A DNA stretch of 63,220 bases, filler included, from Welwitschia mirabilis (taxonomy: Eukaryota), in NCBI GenBank assembly GCA_051453625.1. It is 5 parts of one record of this genome, joined end to end, with 100 filler letters (N's around TTAATTAATTAA, not from the genome) between each part and the next. Parts side by side here need not be neighbours in the genome. Positions count along the whole stretch, not along the records: positions 1 to 20,102 come from JBOZIK010000001.1; positions 20,203 to 33,135 come from JBOZIK010000001.1; 3 more parts are not named here. One strand, written 5' to 3'. Positions 14,191-27,144 of this stretch are shown in pieces. How positions within the stretch are numbered: the stretch's first letter is position 1; the number at the start of each line of letters is the position of its first letter. The translations under genes were made by a program, and so were the position numbers. The notes below the pieces were generated by a model. The model ran no database searches. It worked only from the letters and a program-made list of their open reading frames with translations, and was not told the DNA's origin.

Positions 14191-17008
14191 ATAATTAAAA
14201 ATATGAAAAAATATAAATAATCAAGATTTAGTACCAATTTTTAGGACTAGATATCCTATATGAAAGGGGTAAATAGGATAGAAATAACATAATTTTTTCT
14301 TTTGAATGTCTAACACTTAGGTAATAATAAATGTATATATTTTCACTAGGTAAATATGAGTTGTAATAGTGAACTTTAAGTAAAACTATAAAATAAACTA
14401 ATGAGAATGAAAATACATAAAAAAATTTAAAAAAACCTATTTTCCTTTATTATAAATTAATTTTTACTAATCACTTCCATGGAACTTTGTGANNNNNNNN
14501 NNNNNNNNNNNNNNNNNNNNNNNNNNNNNNNNNNNNNNNNNNNNNNNNNNNNNNNNNNNNNNNNNNNNNNNNNNNNNNNNNNNNNNNNNNNNNNNNNNNN
14601 NNNNNNNNNNNNNNNNNNNNNNNNNNNNNNNNNNNNNNNNNNNNNNNNNNNNNNNNNNNNNNNNNNNNNNNNNNNNNNNNNNNNNNNNNNNNNNNNNNNN
14701 NNNNNNNNNNNNNNNNNNNNNNNNNNNNNNNNNNNNNNNNNNNNNNNNNNNNNNNNNNNNNNNNNNNNNNNNNNNNNNNTTGATTATGCTATTTACTAGC
14801 TCTTCTATCTTGATTTTTCCAAGACTCTTAGTTTTCTTAATGCAAAGGACTTTGTTTTCAAATGTCTTAGAAAAAATCACAAAATCATCTCTACATTTTA
14901 ACTAGTTGTAACTAGTTCCTCAAGCTACCATATATCATTTACTATGTCCATCAACATATTATTTAGGTATATGAAGATCTCCTTATTTTATATTCTTATT
15001 TACTTAAATTGGATTATGAGCATCTATTTCTTTGTTTTTTTTTTAATTTTATTCATGATTTTGTTACTAACATGTAGATAGTCACAAATTTATTAATGAT
15101 AGAAGATTTCTAAACCTATTGTAGTCTTATGTATCTAATCCACAATAGATTACATACATAGCCTTTTTATTAAACATAACATATTTCTTTCTTTTCCATC
15201 TTTTCACTTGCTTCTTTCCTTGACCACCATGATATCTATACCATTCAATTATATTTCTTGAATTATAGGTTTTAGTCTTTTCTCTACTATGTTCTAGTAG
15301 TTAAATCTTGTTTCCTTAAGCAAGAATTATATTTTGAACTGTAGAAGTTAAAATTATCACCAGTTAAGTAGGGGGATAGTTTACCAGTTGATCTTTCATC
15401 TTCAATTTCTTATTAAGTAATTAATAATATGAAAAAAATACTAAATCATAAAGNNNNNNNNNNNNNNNNNNNNNNNNNNNNNNNNNNNNNNNNNNNNNNN
15501 NNNNNNNNNNNNNNNNNNNNNNNNNNNNNNNNNNNNNNNNNNNNNNNNNNNNNNNNNNNNNNNNNNNNNNNNNNNNNNNNNNNNNNNNNNNNNNNNNNNN
15601 NNNNNNNNNNNNNNNNNNNNNNNNNNNNNNNNNNNNNNNNNNNNNNNNNNNNNNNNNNNNNNNNNNNNNNNNNNNNNNNNNNNNNNNNNNNNNNNNNNNN
15701 NNNNNNNNNNNNNNNNNNNNNNNNNNNNNNNNNNNNNNNNNNNNNNNNNNNNNNNNNNNNNNNNNNNNNNNNNNNNNNNNNNNNNNNNNNNNNNNNNNNN
15801 NNNNNNNNNNNNNNNNNNNNNNNNNNNNNNNNNNNNNNNNNNNNNNNNNNNNNNNNNNNNNNNNNNNNNNNNNNNNNNNNNNNNNNNNNNNNNNNNNNNN
15901 NNNNNNNNNNNNNNNNNNNNNNNNNNNNNNNNNNNNNNNNNNNNNNNNNTTTAATTAGCATTAAGCACCATATATTTTTTATTATTACCTTTATGAACAT
16001 GTCTTAATTTAAATTTGATTATGCTATGTACCAGCTCTTTTATCTTTATTCTTCTAATACTCTTAGTTTTTTTAATGCAAAGGACTTTTTTATATATTTC
16101 TTAGAGAAAAACCACAAAATCATCTCTACATTTTAACTAGTAAGTGGTTCACCAAGCTACCATAGATCATTTACTATGTCCATCAACTTATTATCTAGGT
16201 ATATGAAGATCTCCTTATTTTATATTCTTATTTACTTAAATTGGATTATGAGAAGTTGTCTTTTTGTTTTTCAATTTAATTCATGATTTTGTTAGTGACA
16301 TATAGATAGTCGTAAATTTATTTAGTGATAGAAGATTTATAAACCCATTGTAGTCTTATGTATCTAATCCATAATAGATTACATACATAACCTTTTTATT
16401 AAACATTACATATTTCTTTTTTTTTTTCATCTTTCATTGCTTCTTTTCTTAACCACCATGATATCTATACCATTCAATGATATTTCTTGAATTATAGATT
16501 TAAATCCTTTCTCTACTATGTTCTAGTAGTTAAATCTTATTTCCTCAAGTAAGAATTATATTTTGGACTTTAGAATTTAAAATTATCACTAGTTAAGTAG
16601 GGGGATAGTTTATCAGTTGATCTTTCATCTTTAATTTCTTATTAAGTAATTAATAATATGAAAAAAATACTGAATAATAAAGCTTTGAAACAAATTATTA
16701 GAACTAGATATCCTATATAGGATGGGTGAATAAGATAAAAATAACATTATTTTTTCTTTCAAATATCTAACTAAATTTTGTAGACTAATTAATAATAACC
16801 ATAAAAATATTTTAAAAATTAAATATAAATTATAATAGTAAAATTTAGGTGAAGCTATAAAATAAAATAATAAGCATAATGAAAATAATATAAGATTATT
16901 GAAACCAAGCCTATTTTCATTTATTATAGAGTAATTTTAGCTAATCACTCCCATGGGACTATGGGGTAGTTCCCCACTAATTAGAATATGGTTTCTTGGT
17001 AATATATA

Positions 17009-17039
<31 letters not shown>

Positions 17040-17982
17040 GTATAAAGAGAGAAANNNNNNNNNNNNNNNNNNNNNNNNNNNNNNNNNNNNNNNNNNNNNN
17101 NNNNNNNNNNNNNNNNNNNNNNNNNNNNNNNNNNNNNNNNNNNNNNNNNNNNNNTCTAACTAAATTTTTTAGATTAATCTAATAATAACTATAAAAATAT
17201 TTCACAAATTAAATATGAATTATAATAGTGAAATTTAATTGAAGCTATAAAATGAACTAATAAGCATAATGAAAGGAATATAAGAGAATTAAAAATAAGC
17301 CTATTTTCATTTATGATAGAGTAATTTTAGCTAATCCCTCTCATGGGACTATGGGATAGTTCCCCTCTAACTAGGATATGGTTTCTTTGTAACCCTTATC
17401 CATTAAAGAAGAAATTAAGATTATTAAAAAATTAAGACTAAGTGGATATATATGATGGAATAAAGAAAAATAGAATGAAAATTTTAATTAGTATTAGGTA
17501 TCATACATTTAGCCTTATTATCTTTATGAAGATATCTCAATTCAAATGTGACTATGTTACTTATCAACTATTCTAGCTTAATTTTTTGAATATTCTTAGT
17601 TTCATTGATGAAAAGGAATTTTGATTTCACATTTCTTATAAAGAGATCTAAAGATCTTCTCTCTAATGTAACTAGCTGTATGTGGGTTTTCAAGGTTTCA
17701 TAGATAATTTGCTATGTCCTTTAACATATTATTCAAGTATATGAAGATCTCATCCTTTTATATTCTTGTTTTCATAAATTATATCATGAGCATTTTTTCC
17801 TTTATTATCTTGATTTGGTTCATGCCTTTATGAGTGATATTTAAATAATCCTAAATTTATTTTTTTGGTAGAAAAGTTCTAAACCTTTTGTAGTCTTATG
17901 TATTTAACCCATAATAAATTACATTCCTAGTATTTTTGTTCAACATGATATGATCCTTTTCTTCATCTTTTCACTTGCTCCT
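13498..17982 (-). repeat. Tandem array of ~1.2-kb units (SIRE LTR 3' part + PBS + gag N-terminal half); last unit continues at 27145-27705
   Basis: Homologous gag segments at 13498, ~14780 (after gap), 15950 and 17483. PBS/LTR junctions at 14224-14239, 16682-16696 and 27364-27377. Gap-free LTR-to-gag junction at 17155-17520. Confidence 0.7.
17003..17038. repeat. (TA)n microsatellite
   Basis: Direct reading of the TA run. Confidence 0.95.
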
Positions 17983-19709
17983 TATTGCAATGTCAACTCA
18001 TGCATATTTGATACGGTAATTTGAGTTGTTTTACAACTAAATAGACATGTAAATCCTTGGTTTCCATGATATTGAAGGGCCAGGATGAAAAGGATGGAAA
18101 TATGCAATCTCCATGATAATTCACAAACATTCTAAACAAATTTAAACAATTTATATTTCTAAAGATAACTTCTTGTAAACATTGAGATTAATGCAATGCC
18201 TAAAGAATTATTAAAGGCCATCTTTGACTTCATCATCTGGATGACTGTATGAACGACCATGCTAACTAGATGTTTACTAACATCTAACTGGTAGCTAATT
18301 TGGATTAATTATGAGATGGCATTATCTACTCTATTATTTGGATGATTAGCTAGATGATACTGTTGTAACATTTATACTGAACATTCACCAAATCTTTGCC
18401 ACTTTTATTTCTGTTTTCTCTTTGCATGGACATTACAGTGTACCTACCCTTTTTATCTTTGCTATTATATGTTCTAGTTGATAAACATAGATCTCATCCT
18501 TGACTCCTAGTTATCTTTATTTATACCATAAATTCTCATGATAAGAGATTAAAGGACTCAAGATNNNNNNNNNNNNNNNNNNNNNNNNNNNNNNNNNNNN
18601 NNNNNNNNNNNNNNNNNNNNNNNNNNNNNNNNNNNNNNNNNNNNNNNNNNNNNNNNNNNNNNNNTTTGCAAGTAAATAGATAGGTAAATACTTGGTTTCC
18701 ATGATATTAGAGAGCTAAGATGAAAAGGATGCAAATATAAAATCTCCATGATAATTCACAATCATTATGAACAAATATAAACACTTTGTATTTTTGAATA
18801 TAACGTCCTACAAACATTGGGACTAATGCAATGACTAAAGAATTATCAAAAGGCCATCTTCCACCTCATCATCTGGATGACTATATGAATGATCATGCCA
18901 ACTAGATGTTGACTGAATTCTAACTGATAGCTGATGTGGATTGATTATGAGATGGCATCATCTCCTCTATGGTCTAGATGACTAGCTAGATGATACTGTT
19001 GTAACATTTGTACTAAACATTTACTAATTCTTCACCACTTGTTTTTCTATTTTCTATTTGCATGGATATTACAATGTGCCTATTCTTTTCTGTCTTTGTT
19101 CTTATATGTTTTAGTTAATAAATAGAGTTCTTATCCTTGACTCCTACTTATCTTAAGTTATATCTAAAATCTCATGATAGGAGATTAAAGGATTGGAGAT
19201 CCATCGTTTAGTTCTAGAGAGATGTTTCCTTGGTGTTGAGTGGCATTTCCTCCATTAAGATGTGGCTACTTTGTAATATGAATGCAATCGATTCTTAATA
19301 TAAAGCATTTCTTTTTATCCTTTCATTGTTAAATTTTTCTCTCCCTCATAGCTTATGTTTCTTCAAATCTAACGATAGATTCTCTTTTGATATAGGTTAT
19401 GAGGGTAACCTTTTTCAAGGTTGTGCTTGGTTAGTTTAGATTAAGTGCATTGTTATTTTATTTCCCTAAATTGCCTTTGCATAAGTGTGTTTTACTTTTC
19501 TTTCATTCATTACAAGTGATTTCTATAGATTAGGATACAAGCATTTCTTTTTTGAAAGCAACTCTCTTATTTCCTACTTTGGCCTTTAATGGATTATGAC
19601 ATTCAGGTTAACTCCCATCTNNNNNNNNNNNNNNNNNNNNNNNNNNNNNNNNNNNNNNNNNNNNNNNNNNNNNNNNNNNNNNNNNNNNNAATAAGTATGC
19701 ATCATAACA
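17983..19709 (+). repeat. Athila-1 5' LTR, assembled as two overlapping pieces
   Basis: Collinear with 26053-27144; 18030-18564 is repeated from 18665; ends ...ATAACA before the PBS. Confidence 0.8.
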
Positions 19710-19712
19710 TCT

Positions 19713-19730
19713 TGATGTCATTACAGGGGA
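19713..19730 (+). promoter_or_regulatory. Degenerate Athila primer-binding site (tRNA-Asp type)
   Basis: TGATGTCATTACAGGGGA versus canonical TGGCGCCGTTGCCGGGGA; differences are mostly C>T and G>A; directly follows the LTR end. Confidence 0.7.
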
Positions 19731-20146
19731 AGGCTACTTAGAGTTTAAAAATTATTATTACTTTAATAAGTATTTTGATTTGGATACTTATTATAGTGGT
19801 GGTGTATCAGTATCTGTAATAGTATAGGTTTTTCCTTTTTGCAGAGTCAGTCTTTTATTTCTATTTTCTGTTTTTTTCTTTTTTGTATTTTTTATATTTC
19901 TGTCATCTAAAATATCATGCAGATGATGGTAGGGATGATACTTTACACATCTGAGACTGGGTATAAATGGTTAGATCTAGTAAGAAAGAAAAATATTAGA
20001 GAAAGTGGTTGTTTATTACTAAAAATATCAGAGAAGATTGAATAAATTTAGAAATTAAAACAAGTAAAAATAGTGAAGGTACACAAGATTTTAAAATTCT
20101 TGNNNNNNNNNNNNNNNNNNNNNNNNNNNNNNNNNNNNNNNNNNNN

Positions 20147-20158
20147 TTAATTAATTAA
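20147..20158. other. Artificial scaffold spacer TTAATTAATTAA
   Basis: Centred in 44 N + 44 N; identical at four places; stops all six frames. Confidence 0.97.
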
Positions 20159-20203
20159 NNNNNNNNNNNNNNNNNNNNNNNNNNNNNNNNNNNNNNNNNN
20201 NNT

Positions 20204-21890
20204 TATATTTTGGGCTTTTATATAAATATTTACATTGATCATGCTGTCATTCATTACCTTATGATGAAGAAAGATTCTAGTGCCCATTTGATTAGATGGA
20301 TCCTTATAATGTAAGATTTTAAATTAGCCATCATAGATAAAGAAGGAAAGTATAATTCTATTGTAGATCACTTATCTTGACTACCTTCTCCTCTCGATGA
20401 TACTATCATTGATGATTCCTTTCCTCATGAATAGCTTTTCACTATCTCTGCTTCTCATCCTCTTTTATGATATGATGACATTGTAAACTATCTTNNNNNN
20501 NNNNNNNNNNNNNNNNNNNNNNNNNNNNNNNNNNNNNNNNNNNNNNNNNNNNNNNNNNNNNNNNNNNNNNNNNNNNNNNNNNNNNNNNNNNNNNATCTCT
20601 GCTTCTCATCCTCTTTTATGATATGATGACATTGTAAACTATCTTGTAACCATGATAACACTACAACATTGGACTTGTAAACAATGTAAATATTTTCTCC
20701 TTGGATAGGTAACTATGAATTGATCAAGCCACATTTGTACCATAGGTGTAAAGACTAAATCATGAGAAAATATATGCCTAACTAGGAGATACTTGAGATA
20801 TATTATTTTTGTCACAATGATGTTTATAGTGGAAATTTTTATGGACAAAAAACTCTGATGAAAATCCTCCATTCTTCTTTTTACTGTACTTCTCTTTTTT
20901 GTAATTCATTTGATTTTACTAGAATGTGTAATTCTTATCAACATTATAATATCTTTGTTCATTCACAGGAAATGCCTGTTAGACCTATTCTTAAATGTGA
21001 TCCTTTTGATTATTTGGTTATTAATTTCATAGGCCCTATTCATCAATCTTCTTTTGATAAAAATTACATTTTAGTGATTGTATATTACGTGACTAAATGG
21101 GTTGAAGTTATACCTACTTCTTTGAATGATACCTAAACTATCTGTCATTTTTTTAGAACTGATATCTTTTAGAGATTTGATTTTCNNNNNNNNNNNNNNN
21201 NNNNNNNNNNNNNNNNNNNNNNNNNNNNNNNNNNNNNNNNNNNNNNNNNNNNNNNNNNNNNNNNNNNNNNNNNNNNNNNNNNNNNNNNNNNNNNNNNNNN
21301 NNNNNNNNNNNNNNNNNNNNNNNNNNNNNNNNNNNNNNNNNNNNNNNNNNNNNNNNNNNNNNNNNNNNNNNNNNNNNNNNNNNNNNNNNNNNNNNNNNNN
21401 NNNNNNNNNNNNNNNNNNNNNNNNNNNNNNNNNNNNNNNNNNNNNNNNNNNNNNNNNNNNNNNNNNNNNNNNNNNNNNNNNNNNNNNNNNNNNNNNNNNN
21501 NNNNNNNNNNNNNNNNNNNNNNNNNNNNNNNNNNNNNNNNNNNNNNNNNNNNNNNNNNNNNNNNNNNNNNNNNNNNNNNNNNNNNNNNNNNNNNNNNNNN
21601 NNAAGTTCAAACTTGATAAAAAGATTTTTCATAAAATGTTTGAACCTAGTTAACGTGTCTTGTTATATAACACTAGAGTTCATATTTTAAATAACAAGTT
21701 AGCCTCTAAATGATTAGGTCCTTATCTTGTAGAGAAAGTTTATATTAATGGCTCAGTTAAAATTTTATATTTAAAGACTAGATAAATTTAGAAGATTAAT
21801 GGATAATGATTAAAATTATATGAGGGATCTTTAGATGCAACCATGAACATGGTAGAAGTGCTTGTTTTGGAAGTGATTAAAATTATATGA
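20204..21890 (+). pseudogene. pol: Athila-1 pol C-terminus: RNase H + integrase
   Basis: 'YIDHAVIHYLMMKKDSSAHLIRWILIM*DF...NSIVDHLS'; ORF 20858-21136 'INFIGPI...YILVIVYYVTKWVEVIP'; terminal 'KING**LKLY' near 21790. Confidence 0.9.
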
Positions 21891-22309
21891 GGAGAACTTC
21901 CTCCCTATCATTGTCTGAGTTCTTTATTAGTCTACTCCTTTGGTTAAAAATTATGATATTACTTGATCATCTTTCATGCTTAACCTATGTATTACTTTAT
22001 GAAGTTTCATGATTAGATTTATACTTAAGACATTATAGTTGATAAGATTGGATTCATCTAATCTTGAAACATTTCCATATCTATAGACTTCATTTGAAGG
22101 AAGATGCTTTTGTTTCTTCTTTTTTTTTCTAGTGATGTTAAAGTCTTGAATTGTTTAGAAGTGTTCTTTTTATCTTTTATCTTATCTANNNNNNNNNNNN
22201 NNNNNNNNNNNNNNNNNNNNNNNNNNNNNNNNNNNNNNNNNNNNNNNNNNNNNNNNNNNNNNNNNNNNNNNNNNNNNNNNNNNNNNNNATCATGTGGGAA
22301 TTTTTTCAC

Positions 22310-22376
22310 AGAGAGAGAGAGAAAGAGAGAGAGGAAGAGAGAGGGAGGGAGGGAGGAAGAGAGAGAGAGTGAGAGA
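22310..22376 (+). repeat. Imperfect (GA)n microsatellite in the Athila 3' region
   Basis: Direct reading; the homologous position carries (GA)n at 60436. Confidence 0.9.
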
Positions 22377-24093
22377 TAATGATCATGGGCTATTATACTA
22401 TGCTTTAAAGAAAAATACATGGTCATTATGATGTTCTACCATACTAGAGTAAATATTTTCAAAAGGAATCTTTGGCAGTGTTGGTAGACTTGGGAACTCC
22501 ACTATGAGGTTATTGACCATGCTTCATGGGTTCTTACTCCTCTAATAATGNNNGCACTATCCTTATTATGAAAACGAAATAAACTTTAAGGTTAGGAATC
22601 AGTGGCATTCCTAGTGTTATCAGAGGTATTACTTATTTCCTAGACTTTTAGTTTTCCCACTTGATCATTTTACTTTTGGAGATTTAGGTGAGTTTATAGG
22701 GTGAGGTGAATTCATTTCTAAGTAACTTTTGATTTTATCATTCATTGTTCTATACACTTAAATATTTGACTATTATCATAACCATNNNNNNNNNNNNNNN
22801 NNNNNNNNNNNNNNNNNNNNNNNNNNNNNNNNNNNNNNNNNNNNNNNNNNNNNNNNNNNNNNNNNNNNNNNNNNNNNNNNNNNNNNNNNNNNNNNNNNNN
22901 NNNNNNNNNNNNNNNNNNNNNNNNNNNNNNNTCTTAAATCATTTTTCTAAAGAGCATTTAAAAAATTTTAAAAGAACATCTTTGTATTTTTAAGTCTTTA
23001 TGAGTTCCTTATAGGTTATTGAGTTCTAAGTCTATCATGATTTCATTTTTTATTTGGGCATATTCATATATTTTTTCTTATAGACTTTAATTTGGAGAGT
23101 CTATTTTCTTGAGCCATAGTTTTTCTTTTATCTATGTTTGTCCTTCTTCCTTTGATTTTCCTGGTTTTCTTATTTTCTATGTGATTTTTTGTCTTTCTTT
23201 CTTTTTCTTTTTAGAACTATCACTTAAATAATCATATCTGAGCCTAAATTTTATGACTGACCTTTTTTTTATAAAATCTTTTTAATGCCTTGTCTTCTAC
23301 CTTATCATCCAAATGACATAGCACAGATGACAGTATTTTTTTGAGAGTCATTCTAGGGCTATTATTTGGATGATGCTACTGAACAACAATGTGATAAAAG
23401 CATGGTTCAAATCCTTTTTCCTCATTTTCTCTCATTTTCACATCATTTTTACCCATTCCTTTGAGAGGCGATGACCCCTCTAACTAGAACCAGCATTTTA
23501 AAACTTATCTCGCTTAGTTTCATTGCTAGTTTTAGGGGTTTTTATTAGATTTATAAAAATGAGGTATGTTTCTACCTTCTCCTATTTTTAATTTTTTTCC
23601 TCCCATTTTTTAGCTTTTCGATGCACTATTTTCATTTATATCATTTAATTTTTTGCACTCTTTTATTTTGGGACTCATAGATTTGAATTTTACCATGTAT
23701 TTTTCATGTTATGATCATTTTTTCATATTGTGATGTATTTTTAGATTTTTACATTTCACACTCATTTCTTGCAAATGATAGATCAAAACATAATGATCCT
23801 TTAAGAAAAATTGATCAATTTGACATGTTCTACAACTTTGTAAAATTATATTTTTCATTTGAGCACTTGAAATTTTCACTTCATGTAGGGCCCACTAAAA
23901 ATTCAATTTTTGCACTTTTTACATTTTCTCTATTTTTCTCACATGTTTTAGAAATTTGAAATGCATTGCAACTTTTAAGAGGGCAACAGATATTTTTAGT
24001 ATTTTTTCTAGTTTTTTGTCAATTTTAGGGGTCGATATTGCATAGTCATGTGATGTTTTAACTTGTCTATCTATTTTTGCATGATGTTTTTTC

Positions 24094-25388
24094 ATGTTTT
24101 CAATTGAGTAGGCTGCATATGTATAGGGCTAGACAGGCTTAGCCTGAGATTGAACCTGTAGAATAGGAGGTAAGCCCTTTGGTAGAGTTAGAGATAGAGT
24201 GTGTAGAGCCCACACATCCACCACCTTGACATGGTCGAACCTTGAGTATTCAGACTACTAGTATCCATGTTGGATGATATTTTAGAGACTTCATGCACTA
24301 TATAGATATTGAGGTAGATTAGCGATTGATAAATTTATAGCTCTTATGGATCACAGATGCACATAGTTTTTATTATGCATCACAGATGAGAGAGTTCTAT
24401 GATACTATGCATATAAAGAGGCAACCTAACGCTCATGGTTAGCTTTAGGATATGATTATTTCTTTTATATGAGATCATGAGATAACCCTACTTCCATCTC
24501 ACATATTAATTATTATATATCTTAGAGTGCTTAGGAGTATGCACATCCATTCATCTAGTAGGACAAAGGAGGGTCAAGTCTACAATGCCATTTTAGACAT
24601 ACTAGCTGACTTAACTATAGATTGACAGAGGGTAAATTTTGCACAGCTGATTCCTACTTATAGAGTTCTACATAGATAACTAATTCATAACATCAGTCCA
24701 TAATTTCATAACAGTTACACTATGATGATGCATATATAGATTTTGATAGCTTTTTATTAAAGGGAGTAGATGAACTTACCTACTTTTATATGAAGGAGAC
24801 TCGGGTCCATGATAGAGGCATGATTACAGACACTTGGATATCCATGTCTTCTCTTAGCTCTTTTCAGATGTTTTGGAATACTAAAGGTCATGGGTAAGTA
24901 ATGCATCTCACACATTTAGACTTATATTCACTACCTATAGGACAAGGGTATACATGTGTCAGAAGAAGCAGAAAGAACTTAGGTACAGAGACCTATAGTT
25001 AGAGCTTCTCTAGAGTAGATTTAGGTGCTCCTATCTAAGACCACCAAGACCATTATAGGTTTCATTGATAAAGGTATCCAAGCACTTAATTAGAGGATTC
25101 AGATATTTGATCAGACAGTTGAGCAGTGGATCCTACCCATTGAGAGGAGACTATAGCACATGGAGGACTAGATAGTGGATATGCATCAGTGCATTATTTC
25201 TATTCAATAGAGTATGATCATAGATATTTCCAAGTTAGTTCATGTCTAAGGTAATGAGATAGTTAGATCCATCATTACATCTTTAGATGTCTATATCCCT
25301 ATGAATTCTAAGCATCCTTCTTCTTCTACCCCTACTATTGAGCCAGCTGTTGAATCATAGTTCATTATGCATAGACAAGGGGATTAAT
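24094..25388 (+). pseudogene. Athila env-like / ORF2 remnant
   Basis: Frame with scattered stops: 'LLWITDAHSFYYASQMREFYDTM', later 'LIHNISP' and a probable coiled-coil tail. Lies between integrase and PPT and is GC-richer than its flanks. Confidence 0.7.
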
Positions 25389-26020
25389 TTTGTACTATAT
25401 TTTGTATCTTCTCTTCTATACTTTTTGTACTAAAAAATTCTCTTCTGATATTATATAGACATATTATTTTTCTAGAATTATGTATTCATCTCTTTCTGAT
25501 TTCACATGATTATATTTTGATTTTTGTGATGTGGATTTATTTATACTTGTGAAAATCTTTCATTCTTAACTATTTATTTTAGTGGAGAGCTGTTTATTAT
25601 ATTTAATTGATTACCTATAAAAAATAAAATTTTATTATAGGTTCTAAATTTAAAAGCTTTTTTTTTGAACTTGTTGTCTCCTCCATCATCTGGACAATGA
25701 CCCAAACAACCAACTGCTAAACTTATGTACATGTTTTATTCAATGTTTTTGATTTTTCAAAAAAAAAAATTTTCTACCTATGAAATTTCTGCAAATATTT
25801 TTGAGATAATTTCATTAGTATCTTAGTTGCTTTATTGTCTAATAAGTTTTCTTGAAANNNNNNNNNNNNNNNNNNNNNNNNNNNNNNNNNNNNNNNNNNN
25901 NNNNNNNNNNNNNNNNNNNNNNNNNNNNNNNNNNNNNNNNNNNNNNNNNNNNNNNNNGTATCTTAGTTGCTTTATTGTCTAATAAGTTTTCTTGAAAGCA
26001 TGGTTTACTACCTAGTTTTA

Positions 26021-26052
26021 TTAGAGACTAACAATGCTAAGTGGGGGAGCTA
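26021..26052 (+). promoter_or_regulatory. Athila-1 polypurine tract region
   Basis: TTAGAGACTAACAATGCTAAGTGGGGGAGCTA directly before the LTR TG; same layout at 62577-62607. Confidence 0.8.
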
Positions 26053-27144
26053 TGTTTCACTGCTAACTTATGCATATCTGATAAGGTATTTTGAGTTGTT
26101 TTATATGTAAATAAGTAGGTAAATGCTTGGTTTCTATGATAATAAAGAGCTAGGATAAAAAGAATGGAAATATGCAATTTCCATGGTAATTCACAAGCAT
26201 TTTGAATAAACATGAATTCTTTGTATTTTTGAAGATAACTTCCTATAAACACTGAGGCTAACATAATGACTGAATAATTATTAAAGGTCATTTTCCAGTT
26301 TATTGTCTAGACAACTGTATGTATAACTGTGCTAACTAGATGCTAATTGAATTCTAACTGTTAAATAGTATAGATTGATTATGAGGTGGCATCGTCTTCT
26401 CTATCATCTGGATGGTCAATCAAATGTTACTTTTGTAATGTCTATACTGAACATTCACAAAATCTTTACCACTTGTATTTTTGTTTTCTATTTGTATGGC
26501 TATTATGGTTTACCCATGCCTTTTTGTCTTTGTTATTATGTGTTTGAGTCAATAAATAGATATCTCATCCTTGACTCTTACTTATCTTCGTTTGCATCTA
26601 AAATTATTGTAACAAGAGATCGAAGGGCTGTAGATCCATCCTTTAGTTCTAGAAAGACAATTTTTTGGTGTTGGGTGGTATTTCCTTCATTGAATTACAA
26701 CTACTTTTTAAAATGAATGTATTTTAATTATTAATACAAATTATTTTATTTTATTATTTCAACATATGAATGTTTCTCTCCCTCAAGGATAATCTTGCTT
26801 CAGATCCAGTGACAGTTTCTCTTATTATATAGGTTATGAGGCTAACCTTTATCAAGGTTGTTCTTGGTCATTTTAGGTTAAGTTCATTATTATTTCCTTT
26901 TCCTAAATTAGCTTTGCATAAGTGTGTTTTACTTTTCTTTCATGCATTACAAGTTATTTCTATAAATTAGGATATAAGCATTTATATTTCAAAAGAAACT
27001 CTCTTATTTTCTACTTGGCCTTCGATGGATTATTACATTAAGGTTAATTCCCATCTATATTAGTGTGTTATGTTTTTACATTATTATTTGTGATTAACAG
27101 AATTCTCCTTAGGATATAAACATTACATAAATATCACTGCAATA
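26053..27144 (+). repeat. Athila-1 3' LTR (~1.09 kb)
   Basis: Starts TG after the PPT, aligns with the 5' LTR, ends TGCAATA followed by the TSD. Confidence 0.85.

Larger units (their letters stand above)
735..14492 (-). mobile_element. Highly degenerate Ty1/copia Sirevirus (SIRE/Maximus) element A: gag-PR-INT-RT-RH, env-like ORF, multiple PPT; assembled as overlapping pieces
   Basis: Minus-strand copia domain order: gag (ORF 13372-13665 'KVLSINDTKN...KGMTLNA'), protease region ('FGGGGMTFEENGK...GIG', ORF 12106-12309), integrase ('IRSDYSDEFNN', ORF 11463-11648), RT ('IARLKSIIIFL...VYQMDVRR', ORFs 9417-9939). Degenerate tRNA-Met PBS at 14224-14236 sits next to a SIRE-type LTR end (TATTTACCCC...). 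Left boundary is uncertain. Confidence 0.85.
17983..27144 (+). mobile_element. Ty3/gypsy Athila-type element 1, inserted in a SIRE gag unit
   Basis: Two homologous LTRs with inverted termini TATTGCA...TGCAATA, flanked by CTCCT (17978-17982) and CCCCT (27145-27149). Has a degenerate PBS, RNase H/integrase, an env-like ORF and an Athila-type PPT. SIRE gag resumes at 27145. Confidence 0.85.

Noticed and set aside
20147..20158. Recurring palindrome TTAATTAATTAA as a biological site
   Set aside because: Always centred in exactly 44 + 44 N, so it is an assembly linker.
26037..26716. ORFs of 84 and 113 aa in the Athila LTR
   Set aside because: No recognisable motifs, and the frames are not kept open in the 5' LTR copies.
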